A stretch of DNA of 64,000 nt from Lama glama (taxonomy: Eukaryota): contig CM052817.1 of the NCBI GenBank assembly GCA_028534125.1, forward strand, positions 84,136,001 through 84,200,000. The letters are read 5' to 3'. Below the pieces are notes generated by a model that was not told the origin of the DNA, ran no database searches, and worked only from the letters and a program-made list of their open reading frames with translations. Numbering within the stretch: the first letter of the stretch is position 1; each line of letters begins with the position of its first letter. Position numbers and translations under genes: made by a program. Shown here one piece after another: positions 35,931 through 48,380 of the stretch.

Positions 35931-38900
35931 TATTTTGAAAGGTTAAATTTCCTAGAAACCATTTTCTAGTTTTCATGTGTCCTTGCTTGTGCTCTTTAAA
36001 GAGACTGAAAAAGAATGTTCTACAAAATCCTGCCTTGCTCTGCGGTGATGAGGTCAGACAGACCTCCCCATGAGGCTGACTAAAGCTGCCATACAACTGT
36101 GGAGTGGCTTTGGAAACTTGGAGACATTTGGGTCTGTTTAGTCACCACCACAGCTCAATCCCATGGCTCCTGTCACCACTTTGGTGAGTTGGTGGTACAA
36201 TAGACATGTCATCATGATAGGGCCTGAAATGAGGTGAAATGAGGGCAGTCACAGGGCTGTTTTCCTGGTAAAAAGAACAATAAGTTGTTTCTAGTTATTT
36301 CGTATTATAAGGAATTTCCTAACAGAAAATTCTCCTCCACTAAATAGGATTTTACCTGTACAATACTTTATTGCTTATGAATATCAGAGTCAACTCCAAC
36401 TGGCATCTGAGAGCTGGAAAATGACATCTGTCCTTACAAGAGAAAGAAGTAATTTTTCCTATATTGGTCAAAAGCCAAGTTGTTAACTGCCAACCAATAA
36501 AGGTACAAGGGGTAAAAAGAATTGAGTCTTAATTACCTCCAAAATTCCAGATAGAAAGTGGTACATTCAGTTACACCTGAGGTAGCAGAAAACTCCAAGG
36601 GACTAAGTCCTCTGGCCAAACCAAAATTTGGTTTATTTAACTTTCTCTAGAAATGGATCATTGGGCCTTGTACATATGTTTGTTATATAGAGATTTTTCT
36701 CAGTATAACCTCAGGTGGATTATAATAAGATATATGTGTATGTGTCTGGTATATTAATCATAAGGCACCAAATTATTCAAATTATTTTCAAAGACACAAA
36801 TTTTATGTGAAGGTAAAAATATTATCATGTAAAATGCAGAAATGCTTCCTAGCTATGCTGATATTTTATGACAATTGAATACAGAACTTAGCTTAAGAAA
36901 ATCATAGATTTGTAAATTAAAATGAGATGGAAAAAATGTTGACCAGCTATATAAAAAGGGCAGCAATTCAAGCTGTAGAATCTGGGTTATTTCTTTTTCA
37001 CTGCCCCAGATTTTGTTTAGAGTCAATGTTAAAAAGTCAGGGTTTTTCCCACACTATAGAGCACTGATAATATTTTCAATCCATTCTCACCTACTGGAGT
37101 AGGTATATTACATTATATACCTACTGGAATATAATGTAAATTCTCAAGTGTGCTTTAGTAATTCTTTAGAAATCATTCTTTGGATTTTGCTATTCATAGA
37201 GTGGGAGGGAATTGACATATTCCATGTGTTTTTATTAAAGCTAAGATTTTTAAAAAATAAGAAGCACTAGAAAAGTCCAGAGTCACCTCAGATTTTGGTC
37301 AGAGGCGGCAGAAGAAGAGTAGAGAAGGGGAGGATGACACAGTGATGGTTGGAGTAGAGGCCATTGCTCAGCACTGTAATGGCAGATTGCTTCGTGGCGT
37401 GACACTCAGAGGTTGTTTTTGATTTTAGTTTAGATATGAAAGAAAATTTTACACTGTTTCAGATAAATAGATTGACAACTTATATTTCACAACATAGTAT
37501 GTGCAAAGCACTTCACACCAATCCCAGGTCATGTTGACTTCACACTGGGGCGCTGGGAGAGGAGGTAACACAATGACATGGAAGGCAGCATGCCCCACAC
37601 CTGCAAATGCTGTGTTTACGGAGAAGAGATCTGATCCTTTGTTTCTCCCATCCAAGACTATAAATTAATTCCTTCATTTAGTCAACAAATATTTATTGAG
37701 CTCAATATTTATTGAGCTATGATAGTCTGGGAAGTAGTCTTTTATGAGTTGTGATATGCCACAGATTAGTATTAATTGTTGTGTTGTGAACTAAGAGAGG
37801 AACTTGAAGTACCAACCAATATAAAGGGATCAGGAGTAGCTCAGAACTCTCCCTGAGGCATCCCATGTAACTTGGCAGTGGCTGTGTAGAAATGAAAGGG
37901 ACATGCGTTTTGCTATCTAGGTAGTTGCTGCTGGTCAAATTGCCACTGTGTTTTGCATGATGAATAGGCAAAGAATTCCATCTGTAAAGTGCAAGTCTTC
38001 AAAACTAAGATACTTTCGTCTTGGAATATAGGCAAAATGGATTTGTCTGTAGAGGGCTTGAATCAGGAAGGACCACAAGGTAGGGGCCTACTTTGAGCAT
38101 CAAGAGTTTACATGATCAAGAGGGAGGTAAGCTTATGATTCAGAAATTCAGAATCAGCACAACCTAATAATCCTGGACTTAGAGGAGCAGCTGTTTCTCT
38201 ATGGCTCATTTAAGATGCCTTACAAAACCAGAAGCTCTAGAGCCTGAAGATATAGGAAAATAAACTATAAATGGAGCAACATTTAATAGCAGGGCCCTAT
38301 AAGTACCATACAAAGGAAGTTTGATTTTTCACTGTCATGTAGGTTTATTTCTATTGAAATATGAATCTGTCACATTTTGCAAAAACCAAAAAGCTCCTAA
38401 AATGGGGAAGTTTTCAGAATGTTGTTCTCATGAATCATTCCCTGATATCATAACTAGGTAAGGTGGGGATGGAGTTCTAAGAATGAAGGCATTTACATGA
38501 TCATTATCATAAAAAAAAAAAAGTGGAAGTAATGTCATGAGTGAATGCCCGGTAGCTAAAGTATAATCTGAATCAGTAAAAGGCAGGTGCTACTGTCTAG
38601 GAAATGATCTAACTGATAGGCTGTTCTGTCGTGAAATAGACACTGATTTACTAGATTTTTGTACTCCTTAACAAACCTGTAAATAGTGGAAGTTGAAAAT
38701 TTTCAATGGCAATAGCCATAACTGGAGAGGTACCTTTTTCCCCCTGAATGTTAAAACCAATGTAAAATAGTAGCATTGTTTCATTGCTGAATGCCCCTAA
38801 ATCACCCAGCTATTTCTATTATGAATGATTTAGATACAATTCTATTGCTTTGTAGAGAACAGCTTAGATAAACTCTTGGAATATCTCCAATGTCTATAAT

Positions 38901-40051
38901 TCCCTTGTGAAAAGTACACATAATAGGCAAAAAAAAAAATTATTTTTTTTTCTATTTTATCTAAGACTATTTCTGCTCAGTGATTCTTTTTCCTTTTTAT
39001 TCCATTTTTGGAGATATTGAACCACCAAATATGTAACAGAAACAAAAGATGGTTAAAAATCTTTCCTAGATTCCCTACCTAAGGGCTGTAGACTATGGTG
39101 GGGATATTCAAGTAGGGGACCAAGTGTGTATTTTCACTACATTGTTTATGTTGTAATAAACAGTGTGATACATATATTTGTATTTTATTTCTTAAGTATA
39201 TATAAGTACTGAGGAGGCTATTCATTTTAGAACACTACTAGGTTTACAGAAGCTTTTAACATTATATGTTTTCTCAGTCAACTGAACACTAAAAATATAA
39301 TTATGATAAAATGGAGATTCCTCAAGAATTTTTGACTTTAGAAAGGAATTCTCAAACTTGTCACTGAAAGAACTGAGGTGTTAGATGTGGAAGGACTTCC
39401 TCGAGGTTAATTTTTTTCTATTTTTTCCCAAGGACAATATTAGTAAAAGATGCAGCAGGAATATTTTAGGATGTTATTGATGCTATTATGTCTGTTTCCA
39501 CAAAAATTACATGCCTACATTTAATTATGTAACCCTTAAATAGGGGAAATTATAATTCTATCCATTTGAGAATGTATAATCTTTTTCAAACACATTTACA
39601 TATAAGCCATATGTTAAATTGAGTAAATCAGGTGTTGAAATAATATGCTTTACTTTTGAATATATTACCCCAGTATTTTAAAAACTACAAAAAGTCAGTA
39701 GCAGCCACAGTATATCAGAATAAATTATCAGGCTCATAGCTCTGCTGGAGGAGGATATTGTTTTGACAGTTGAAATTTGGCAGTTGGTAACCTGATAGAT
39801 GATGGTTAATGAGATGATACCTATAGTTGGTGAGCAAGGAGCTTGCCTTCAGCATGTCAATATTATCTGTCCTTGCATCCACTGGCACCAGTGCTGGCCA
39901 ACTGACATGGGACATGGGTTGTCCAGTTGACTCTTTAGTGGCACCCTTAACTCCCCTAGCATAAGTCATCTTTCTTTGGACCATGAGGATTATCCATTGA
40001 AGATTATTGGCAGCAATTTTAATCTGCATCCTCTCTTCTTCACCTTGCAAT

Positions 40052-41900
40052 GTTCATTTATTCATTCATACATTGAAAAATATTTATGGTGCTCCAGGAG
40101 CTGTGCTAGATGCCAGGATACAATGCTGAGCAAATATCGGCACAATCAAATAATCATGCAATGAATACACAATTACAAAGCAAGATAGGTGCTGTAGAGA
40201 AGGATAAGGGTCATGAGGGAGAGGACTCTGAACCCAGATAGGGACTTAGAGAAGGCTGCCCTAAGGAAGTTTGGCTTGAGTAAGCTCTAAAGCTATGCCA
40301 ACAAAAATAAGTGCTAACTATGTGTGATTATTTAAATACAAAGTAATTAAAATTAAATAAATTTTAAAATTCAGTCTATCATTCACACAAACCACAATCA
40401 AGTGCTGAATAGCCACACATGGCTAGTGCCTACCATATTGGACAGTGCAGGTTAGAAGATTCGCATCATTGCTGGTTCTGTTGGATGGCGCTTGAGGAAT
40501 AGAAATTAAACAGCAGACTGTTAAGCAAAAACATTACAGGTTGAGATAATCTATTACAAAGATTCTGTTAGTTGGGGACGCAGTTTACAAACAGAAAGAA
40601 GGCTATTATGGCTGGAGAGAAAAACCTGACAAATGTATAAGATGAAGCTAGAAACATAAGTAGGGTCAAGAGCTTGCAAGGACTTGTAGGCCTTATTAGG
40701 GATTCTGGTCTATTCCCTGAGAGTAATGAGAGGTGGATGGGTGGTGGGAGTTGAGGGTCACAGGCTGAAGAGAGCAGAGTTTCAGACAGTTATGGAGAGT
40801 GAGATCAGGGAACTGTAGGAGGTTTGCTAGGCAATGTTAAGGAACTCTTTTGAGTTTGGTGATCATGAATTCATAGTGACACCAATCCTCATTGTGTAAC
40901 TTTCCAAAAAAGCAGCTTGGGTGCAGAAATAAAGATAGAAGGGTAGATGCAGAGCTAGGATTCTGCCAGAAGGGTGTGGGCTAGGGAGTTCAGGGTACTG
41001 ACAAGAGTGTCATTGAAACGGCAGGCAGGCCATGGGTTTTAGCTGGGCAAGAAACTAGGGCATAAAAGAAGAGAGCTAATGAACTGGTTGAAAGTGAAGG
41101 GGGCCAATTGACTGAAAATCCAAATTCAGACACAGAATGATCATAGTGGGAAGGACAAGCTGAAGGAGAGGCTGGTGGAGTTAAAGAGCAGGTTGCTTGA
41201 ATCAGCGCCTGGTGGGTGGTGCAATTACAGATGATGACAAAATCCAGGGTGTGACCCTAAGAGTGGGTAGCTGAGAGGAGGTTAAGGTCATTAGAAATGA
41301 GGAGATTAGGGCCTGGAGTCTAGATTATCATATGGTCAACCCTAGCTTTTGAAATTTCTGCAAACACTGGCTGGATTTGGTGTTGCCAGGAGCCTTGTTA
41401 GTACACCAAAGAGTGAATGAGAGGCTTGGAGATAAAACTTACTAGGAGGGAGAAAGAAGGTGCCATTAGGGGATGTGACACTGACTCAGAGGAGAGGGTT
41501 ACAAGAGTGTAAGGAGTAAGGGTCTGGAAATGGCAAATGGGAGACAATGAAACACCAACTCCTCCTCCACCTGGTGTGTGAGAACATAAATAACCACCAC
41601 TTGAGAGGTCCACGGGAGAAGTGGCGTCTGCAGACAAAAGCCAGGTTTTAGTTGAAGCAAGAAAGTGAAGAGACTGTTTAGAGAGGTGGTTGATGATATA
41701 GGAGAGTTTGCTGAATATGCAGCATATGGAGGGCATCGTGGGAGGTTTGGACAAGTGAGGTGGAGTGGAGGGCTCATCCAAAGAGCAGGAGGATTGTGCT
41801 AGAGGACTGGTGACTATGATGGACGTATATTGTAGTATTAACTGATTAAAAAGTAAGTCAACAGGCATGCGTGTGATTACTGGCCCAGTGATTGAGGGGC
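40052..41900 (-). mobile_element. L2 LINE with 3' end at ~40052 and an endonuclease-domain remnant at ~41400-41720
   Basis: ttcatttattcattcatacattgaaaaatattta (reverse complement of the L2 tail); ORF 41398..41949 contains SLHFLASTKTWL...LSSGGYLCSHTPGGGGVGV, matching L2/CR1 APE motifs (LTETWL; GGGVG). Confidence 0.75.
40300..40493. mobile_element. MER33/MER3-like hAT-Charlie element inserted in the L2
   Basis: taattaaaattaaataaattttaaaattcagt...tcaagtgctgaatagccacacatggctagtgcctaccatattggacagtgcag. Confidence 0.8.
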
Positions 41901-42192
41901 TTGACTCATTTGGCCTGAGACAGAGGTGTTTCTGTAGGAGTTTCTGCACATGCTCCTACTTGGGATGTTCTTGCGTCAGTAGCTGCAGTTTCAGCCCCTG
42001 TACAGCTTAGTGTAGCATTGTTCCCAAAGGCTTCAACTTCAATACCTTCTGGAGTGTTAGTTATTTCAGAGGTTAGGTGTTAAGAATCCCACAGATTGGA
42101 GTTAAGGATTCTACGGGAAGTGTTGGACTCTATCACTTGCTGTTCAGGTATAGACATGCATCTCCTAGGAATGCCAACGATTCATTCTCTGA

Positions 42193-42222
42193 GGATAGAG
42201 ATAGAGATAGAGATAGAGATAT
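42193..42222. repeat. (GATAGA)n microsatellite
   Basis: direct inspection. Confidence 0.9.
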
Positions 42223-42223
42223 A

Positions 42224-42428
42224 GTGCTGTGGCTTATTATTAGAACTCAGGGAGTTAGGATTTACCCTGCGTCATTACATACAAGATTCTCAACCTTTTA
42301 AAGTCAACAGCATGTCCTCATAGGTCTCTAATTGCAGATCAGAGGATCTTATATTGAGTATAATCATTGAGCCCTGTAGTTCAAGAACTCTGGTTGCAGC
42401 ACATCCTCAATTTTTAAATTGTGAAAAG
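42224..42428 (+). repeat. Local direct duplication, copy 1 (pair at 43315-43519)
   Basis: gtg(c/t)tgtggcttattattagaactca...cagcatgtcctca...agatcagaggatcttatat...ttcaagaactctggttgcagca...ttgtgaaaag; offset 1091 bp at both ends. Confidence 0.92.
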
Positions 42429-43314
42429 TTGTAGGAGCTGCAAGTTATGTGCTATTTTTAATTTATTTCTAACAAAATATAGCTGGAGATTTTGTCACAA
42501 AGTAACAAACACAAATTGGAGAGGTTATTTATTATTTTAATTATGTGACATTATCTTTCCTACTGACAAAAGTGATCAAAATGACTAAAATTGATTCAGT
42601 GAAAATGACTAGATTCCCAAAGGTTATAAGTGTTTTTGAAAAACAGCATGAATTTATTAAATTTCTTATATGTTACCCAGAAAGGGTTAGTGAGGTAAAT
42701 ACACAATGGCCCTCTCCTTATGGGTTCAGAATGTGGCTAGAAGTAGACAGAATTCTGGAGATCATTTCATCAGTCCTCTCACTCTCTGGATCAGGAAAGT
42801 AACACTTAGGTCAGGTGCACTGATCATTTTCAGTGACTTTAACCTGGGCTGATAAAATGTCAGGCAACACTTTGATAGTAGCAGGAAATAGACCGAATGA
42901 TAATAATATGGCAAGCATTAAATTTCCAATATTGCAGAAGTATAGAGTTTTAGACTTTGGACTACTATACCAGTGTCTGGTCTGGTGTTGAAATCCCCTT
43001 GACAACAGCTTCACAGAAGGTCACCTGCTGCTCCTTGAACAATTACCCTGATGGGAAGTTGGCTTCTCCCTTAGCAGCCCATTCTATTATGTGGTAGCTG
43101 TTAATATTGGAAAGTTCTTACACTGAGTTGGTATTGTTATCCCTATGAATTCCACCCATGGGTTCTGCCCTCTGGAGCCAAGATCTGCAAGTTTTTGCCG
43201 ACAGCAATTATGTTTGTTCTAATTCTCTTCTTTTCCAGAAAAGACGTCTCTAGTTCTGAGTTACATGTCATGTGTGGGGCAAAGGTGAAGTGAAAGAAAG
43301 GGAGAGAAAATAAT

Positions 43315-43519
43315 GTGTTGTGGCTTATTATTAGAACTCAAAGAGTTAGGATTTATTCTGGGTCATCAAATACAAGCTTCTCAATTTTTTTGAGTTAGCA
43401 GCATGTCCTCATTAGTCCCTAATTGTAGATCAGAGGATCTTATATCAAATACAACCAATGAACTTTGTAATTCAAGAACTCTGGTTGCAGCATATCTTTA
43501 ATTTTTAGCTTGTGAAAAG
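43315..43519 (+). repeat. Local direct duplication, copy 2 (pair at 42224-42428)
   Basis: Same colinear match as copy 1. Confidence 0.92.
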
Positions 43520-45214
43520 ACTAGCTATACTGAAAAGAAATCAAACACTATGAAGTGCAACATGAAGAGGCGATCCAATGAAATAAGAGTGAGACTTTTT
43601 ACTTATAAAGACTGTGGTCTGCAACACCTAAGTTAGTATCAGAATCTGTAGACTTCATGTTGCAATAAAACACAGTAATACTCAAAATACTATAGAATTA
43701 TTATAAAAAATAAAATTCTTAATGTTATTTAATTTCATTCTTAAAAGAAAGAAAACGTTTCTTCCCATCTCTTCCAATATTTGTGAAAATTCCAGAAAAC
43801 AACTGATATGCTAGGATATCCTTAGCTAAGATTTAAATTAGATTTGGGCAAGTTGTATCATTTTCAAATGGTTTGTCGACCATAAAAATATAAATTTACT
43901 GTGATTTTAAATTTTAATTTAAATCCTAGAAGGCACTCTTTTCTCTGTTCTCCAGAAAACCTAGTACATGGATGATACTTATTTAAATATCTGCTAACAT
44001 AACTGTCCTCATGAATTCAAGATATAAAATTACTTATTTCTAAACAGAGAGGCAGATGAATACACACATGCATCTGGCAGCTGTAACCATAGATATTGAT
44101 GTTTGTTCAAAAACTGATTTACCTACAGACAGAAGTATTTTTAAAACAGTCTCAGAAACCAGAGACAAGTAGACTCGAAATGGAATTTTGTTACTTACAA
44201 ATTGCTTTGAGTCTGGTGGGATTTTGAAATTCTGACCATAACTAGATTTGACTCTATGTAAATTTTGCTGTTAAAAGGTTTTACTGTGTATAGGCCTATA
44301 GCCATTTAATCGCCTACCCATTACACATCGTTTTGCCTGGTGAGAACTGACAAAAGTGGATTCTGTTTATTAGATTGCCCATGGGAAGGAGTAGATCCAA
44401 TGAAAACATTTTTGCTAAGTGTTTGCTATTTATTTGCTAGGATGATAGCAATGTTAAACTTGCGGGACGTGTGTATATGCGTGTTAAGATTTAATTTGGT
44501 AATTAGGCTGCTTTACACAATGACTGTTCAATTTATTTAGAGGCCTCTATATCGTAGGCATCTTTCCAAATGTTAGAGAGGATATAAAAGATAAATAAGA
44601 TAAGTTCCTATCCCACATTGTGATTGGTGAAACCAATACCCAAAGAAGTAATTATGGTATAGCATGCCATCTTATAGGATGTATAAAATGTTGTAATATC
44701 ATAACATATTGGAACATAGTAGAAAATTTCAAATACAAGCTCCATGTTGAGTCATGACTTTGAAGCTATGTACACTAAACCATGCAGAAAATTTAGAAGT
44801 TAAAAGAATTGTAAAATGAAATTAGCTGACTCTCTCAGAATCTTTTATTTTCCATGTTTCTTCTTATAAACAAAGTATATTATTTCTTTCTTTCTAGCTT
44901 TCTGAACATTAATTTTGCTTAAAATCTTTCTATAAGATCTTTCAGGGAACTTCCTGGAAGAAAAGATAAATTTGAGCTGGGGCTTGAGGAAATGAACATT
45001 TTTCTGAGCAGGGAGGAGCTGAATAATAAGCCCAGGCATAGTGACTTGCATGTGTGAAGGCAGAGAGCTGTGATCTGAGTCTGGGGATTGGGAACTGCTG
45101 GGCTGCTTATTGGGGTGTGAGAAGGGTGATGGTAGCAGATGCAGTAAGAGAGGCACCAGGCTATTAAGGATCTCAAGGACATCCTTAGGTAGTGGGGAAA
45201 CAGTGGCGGGCTTT

Positions 45215-45810
45215 TTGTTTTATTTTTAATTACTTGTAAATAATTTCAAATTTACAGAAAAGTTGTGAGTATAAATAGTACAAGGAACACACATATATGT
45301 ATATTCATTTATTGTTTATATTTGTCCCATTTGCCTTTTCATTTGAGCTCTCTCCTTCTCATTAGACATACATACATATATGTGTGTGTACACATACACA
45401 GACACACATACATAATATGTTTTCCTTTACCACTTGAGAGTAAGTTGAATTATGGTCCTCTTTCTCTCTAAGTACCTCTGTGTGTTCTTCCTAAAAATAG
45501 GGATGTTCTCTTCGGTTCTCTTCAGAACAGTTATCAGCTTTAGTAAGTTAAACATTGATATACTTTTTACCTAACCTGGAATTCATATGCCAATTTTGTC
45601 TACTGAAGCAGTAACATCTTTTAATAGCATTTTTCTCCTTCCATTACAGGATCCAGTCTAAGATAAAGTATTGCATTTAGTTGTCATGTCCTTTCACTCC
45701 TTTAATCTAGAATATTTCTACATCCTTTATTTGCCTTTTGACACTGACATTTTTGAATAATATAGCCCCCTCCTTTTTTTTTTTTTTAATAGAACAGTCT
45801 TTATTTTGGT
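45215..45810 (-). mobile_element. Old L1 (L1MC-like) 3' end
   Basis: aaataatttcaaatttacagaaaagttg...aatagtacaaggaacac...aacattgata...caggatccagtcta...ttgcatttagttgtcatgtc. Confidence 0.75.
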
Positions 45811-47595
45811 ACAGAGGATTTTACGTGGGGGTGTGTGTGACATATTCAGATCTGAATTTCAGAAAATGACATTCTAGAGGTAATGTTAAGGATGGACCAA
45901 AAGGCAAGAGACTGTTGATATGACAAGGAGATAAGAGGCTATTGTTGGCCAAAACTCCCTTCTGGGCAGATAGGGGTGGAGGCTCAGGCCCTGGCCAGGA
46001 TCCCTGAAAGTTAGGGCAGGCATAGGAACGGAGGGAACGGGATTCAAAATGTTTGACTCCGGAGTAAGGCTGCTTCAGAAAGAAAAGGACAGTCTGAATG
46101 CTAAGTCCATGGGAGTTGGTGGAGAGGCAAGCCCCAGATCTAAAACAGTGGGCTTGAATTTCAGATTGTAGCATAGCAGATCACATAATGTGAGAATCCT
46201 TCTAAAAAATAACATTAAATGCATAGATGAGCTTGCAATAATGGAAAGTAAATCTCCAAGAACTAAAAATGAACATGGAAGAAAAACCAAAATGCTAGGC
46301 ATACACTGAATTCTAGCAAACTTGAAGGGAGATTTCTGGTCTTGGTATGACTTAGGAAAACCCACATGGGTGCAAAAAGTTAAGTCTTGAGGGCCAGTGA
46401 AGCAGGGAATGGAAAAGAAACCCATACAGAAAGCCAGGATCATTGAGGGTGACACCCTACATAAAAGAAAACAAAAATAAAAACAACTATGGACACTGTG
46501 AGGTGATAAGGAAGCTTGCCTGTCTTGGCCTAGGTTTTGGGTAGAGGAAAAAAAAGTCTCATGTAGATTTGGATTGGAATTTACACTGCCTGAGCGGTTT
46601 TGGAATCTTTCAGCCTAGAAATCTACATTAAAAAGAAGCCAGTGGTAACACATATTTGCCCAATAGAAGCAAATGAAAAACTGCTTTGGAGAGACATATC
46701 TTCAATGGAATCCATGCAAGATTCCTACAGATAATGCCTTGCTGAAGATGAGCTCAGTCAAAAACTATAAAACGCATGTGGAGGAGGAGGGACTCCACTG
46801 TGAGTAAGAATCTACAGAGACAATAAAAGAGCAGATTAAAATTCCCAGAAACTTCAGATAATAGAACTACTGACTTAAGACTATAAATAAGCATTTTAAA
46901 ATGGTTACAGACATAAAAGAATTAATATAAACCATAAGAAAAGAATAAGATACTTGGAGGAAAAATAGGACATTTTGAAAAATGAATAAGATAGAACTTC
47001 TAGCAATATAAAAAATACAGTCATTTAACTTAAAAATTAAGTTACATAGAAAATTAGTTACAATAAAAGGAAAATTAGTAGATTGGAAGATAGCAAAAAG
47101 ATATGTAAAAGAGTAAAAGATATGGAGGAATGAGAAGAATTATTTGGAATACCAAAAAGAGAGAGTAGAGAGAATCAGGGAGACATAATAATGAAAGAAA
47201 TAATGGCTGAGAATTTTCCAGAATAGGTTAAAGTTACGAATTGTCAGATTCTGAAGGCACAAGGGATCCAAATGGAAAGAAATATACAGCTAGACACATT
47301 GTGCAGGAATTACAAGAAAACTAAAAGAGAGAAAAGATATTAAAAGTAACCATAGAAAAAAGGCTTTATCTTTAAATATTAATTATACCGCTAGCAACGA
47401 TAGAAGCCAAAAGACAATAAAATAATGTTTTCAAAATGCTAAGAGAAAATAACTGCCAACTATAAAGTCTTACCCTGATAATCATTAAAGAACACGAGGA
47501 ATAGAAGAAACATTTCTGGACATATAAATAACCAACACACATACATATGTATACACACATGTATACAATCAACTCTTAATGAAAAAATATTTCTA

Positions 47596-47947
47596 GAGAT
47601 TACCAAGATGGCAGAGTAGAAGGACACAGTACTCACCCTGTTCCATGAATACAGCAAAAACTACATCTACATACAGAACAAATCACACAGAACACCTACT
47701 AAACTTTAACAGAATATCTCTTACAATCAGAAATAGAAGGAAATCCTCACAAAACCAGAACAAGTTTCTACTGTACAACACAGGGGACTATATTCAATAT
47801 CTTGTAGTAACCTATAATGAAAAAGAATATGAAAAGGAATATATGTATGTATGTGTATGACTGACACATTATGCTGTACACCAGAAACTGACACATTGTA
47901 AACTGACTATACTTCAATAAAATAAAATAAAATAAATCTAAAAAAAA
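47596..47947 (+). mobile_element. Mini-L1: L1 5' terminus fused directly to the L1 3' UTR and poly(A)
   Basis: Starts gagattaccAAGATGGCagagtagaaggac (L1 5' end with YY1-type motif), switches at ~47758 to aacaagtttctactgtacaacacaggggactatattcaatatc...tatacttcaataaa-(A)n; TSD-like AAAAA(AT/GA)ATTTCTA at 47582-47595 and 47948-47961. Confidence 0.75.
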
Positions 47948-48351
47948 AAAAAGAATTTCTAAGGGATGTACTTCAGGAAGAGAAAAATTTTACCCAGAAG
48001 ATTTAAGTGCAAGAAAGAATGATGAGCGAACAAATTGTTAAATATGTAACAAATAAATATATAATTGAATAAATCACTAAATTACTGGGTCTAATTTCAG
48101 GTTAATAAAAAGAAAATTAAAATTTGGGCACCAATTACATGTAAAATGAAGGACAGATGATCAAAGTTAGAGGGATCTTAATAGTGTTTAAAAATAGGTA
48201 GAGCAGTTGATTAATTTTAATTTGAGTATAAATATTTTTAAAATTTAAAACTAAGAGAATAGTTGTAAGGCATATACTGTCCAAAACATTACTGATGGGA
48301 AGTAGGAAAAAAACTGTGATTTATCCAAAAGAAGGCCAGAAAGAATTTTTT

Positions 48352-48380
48352 AACAACAACAACAACAACAACAACAACAA
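48352..48380. repeat. (AAC)n microsatellite
   Basis: direct inspection. Confidence 0.95.
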
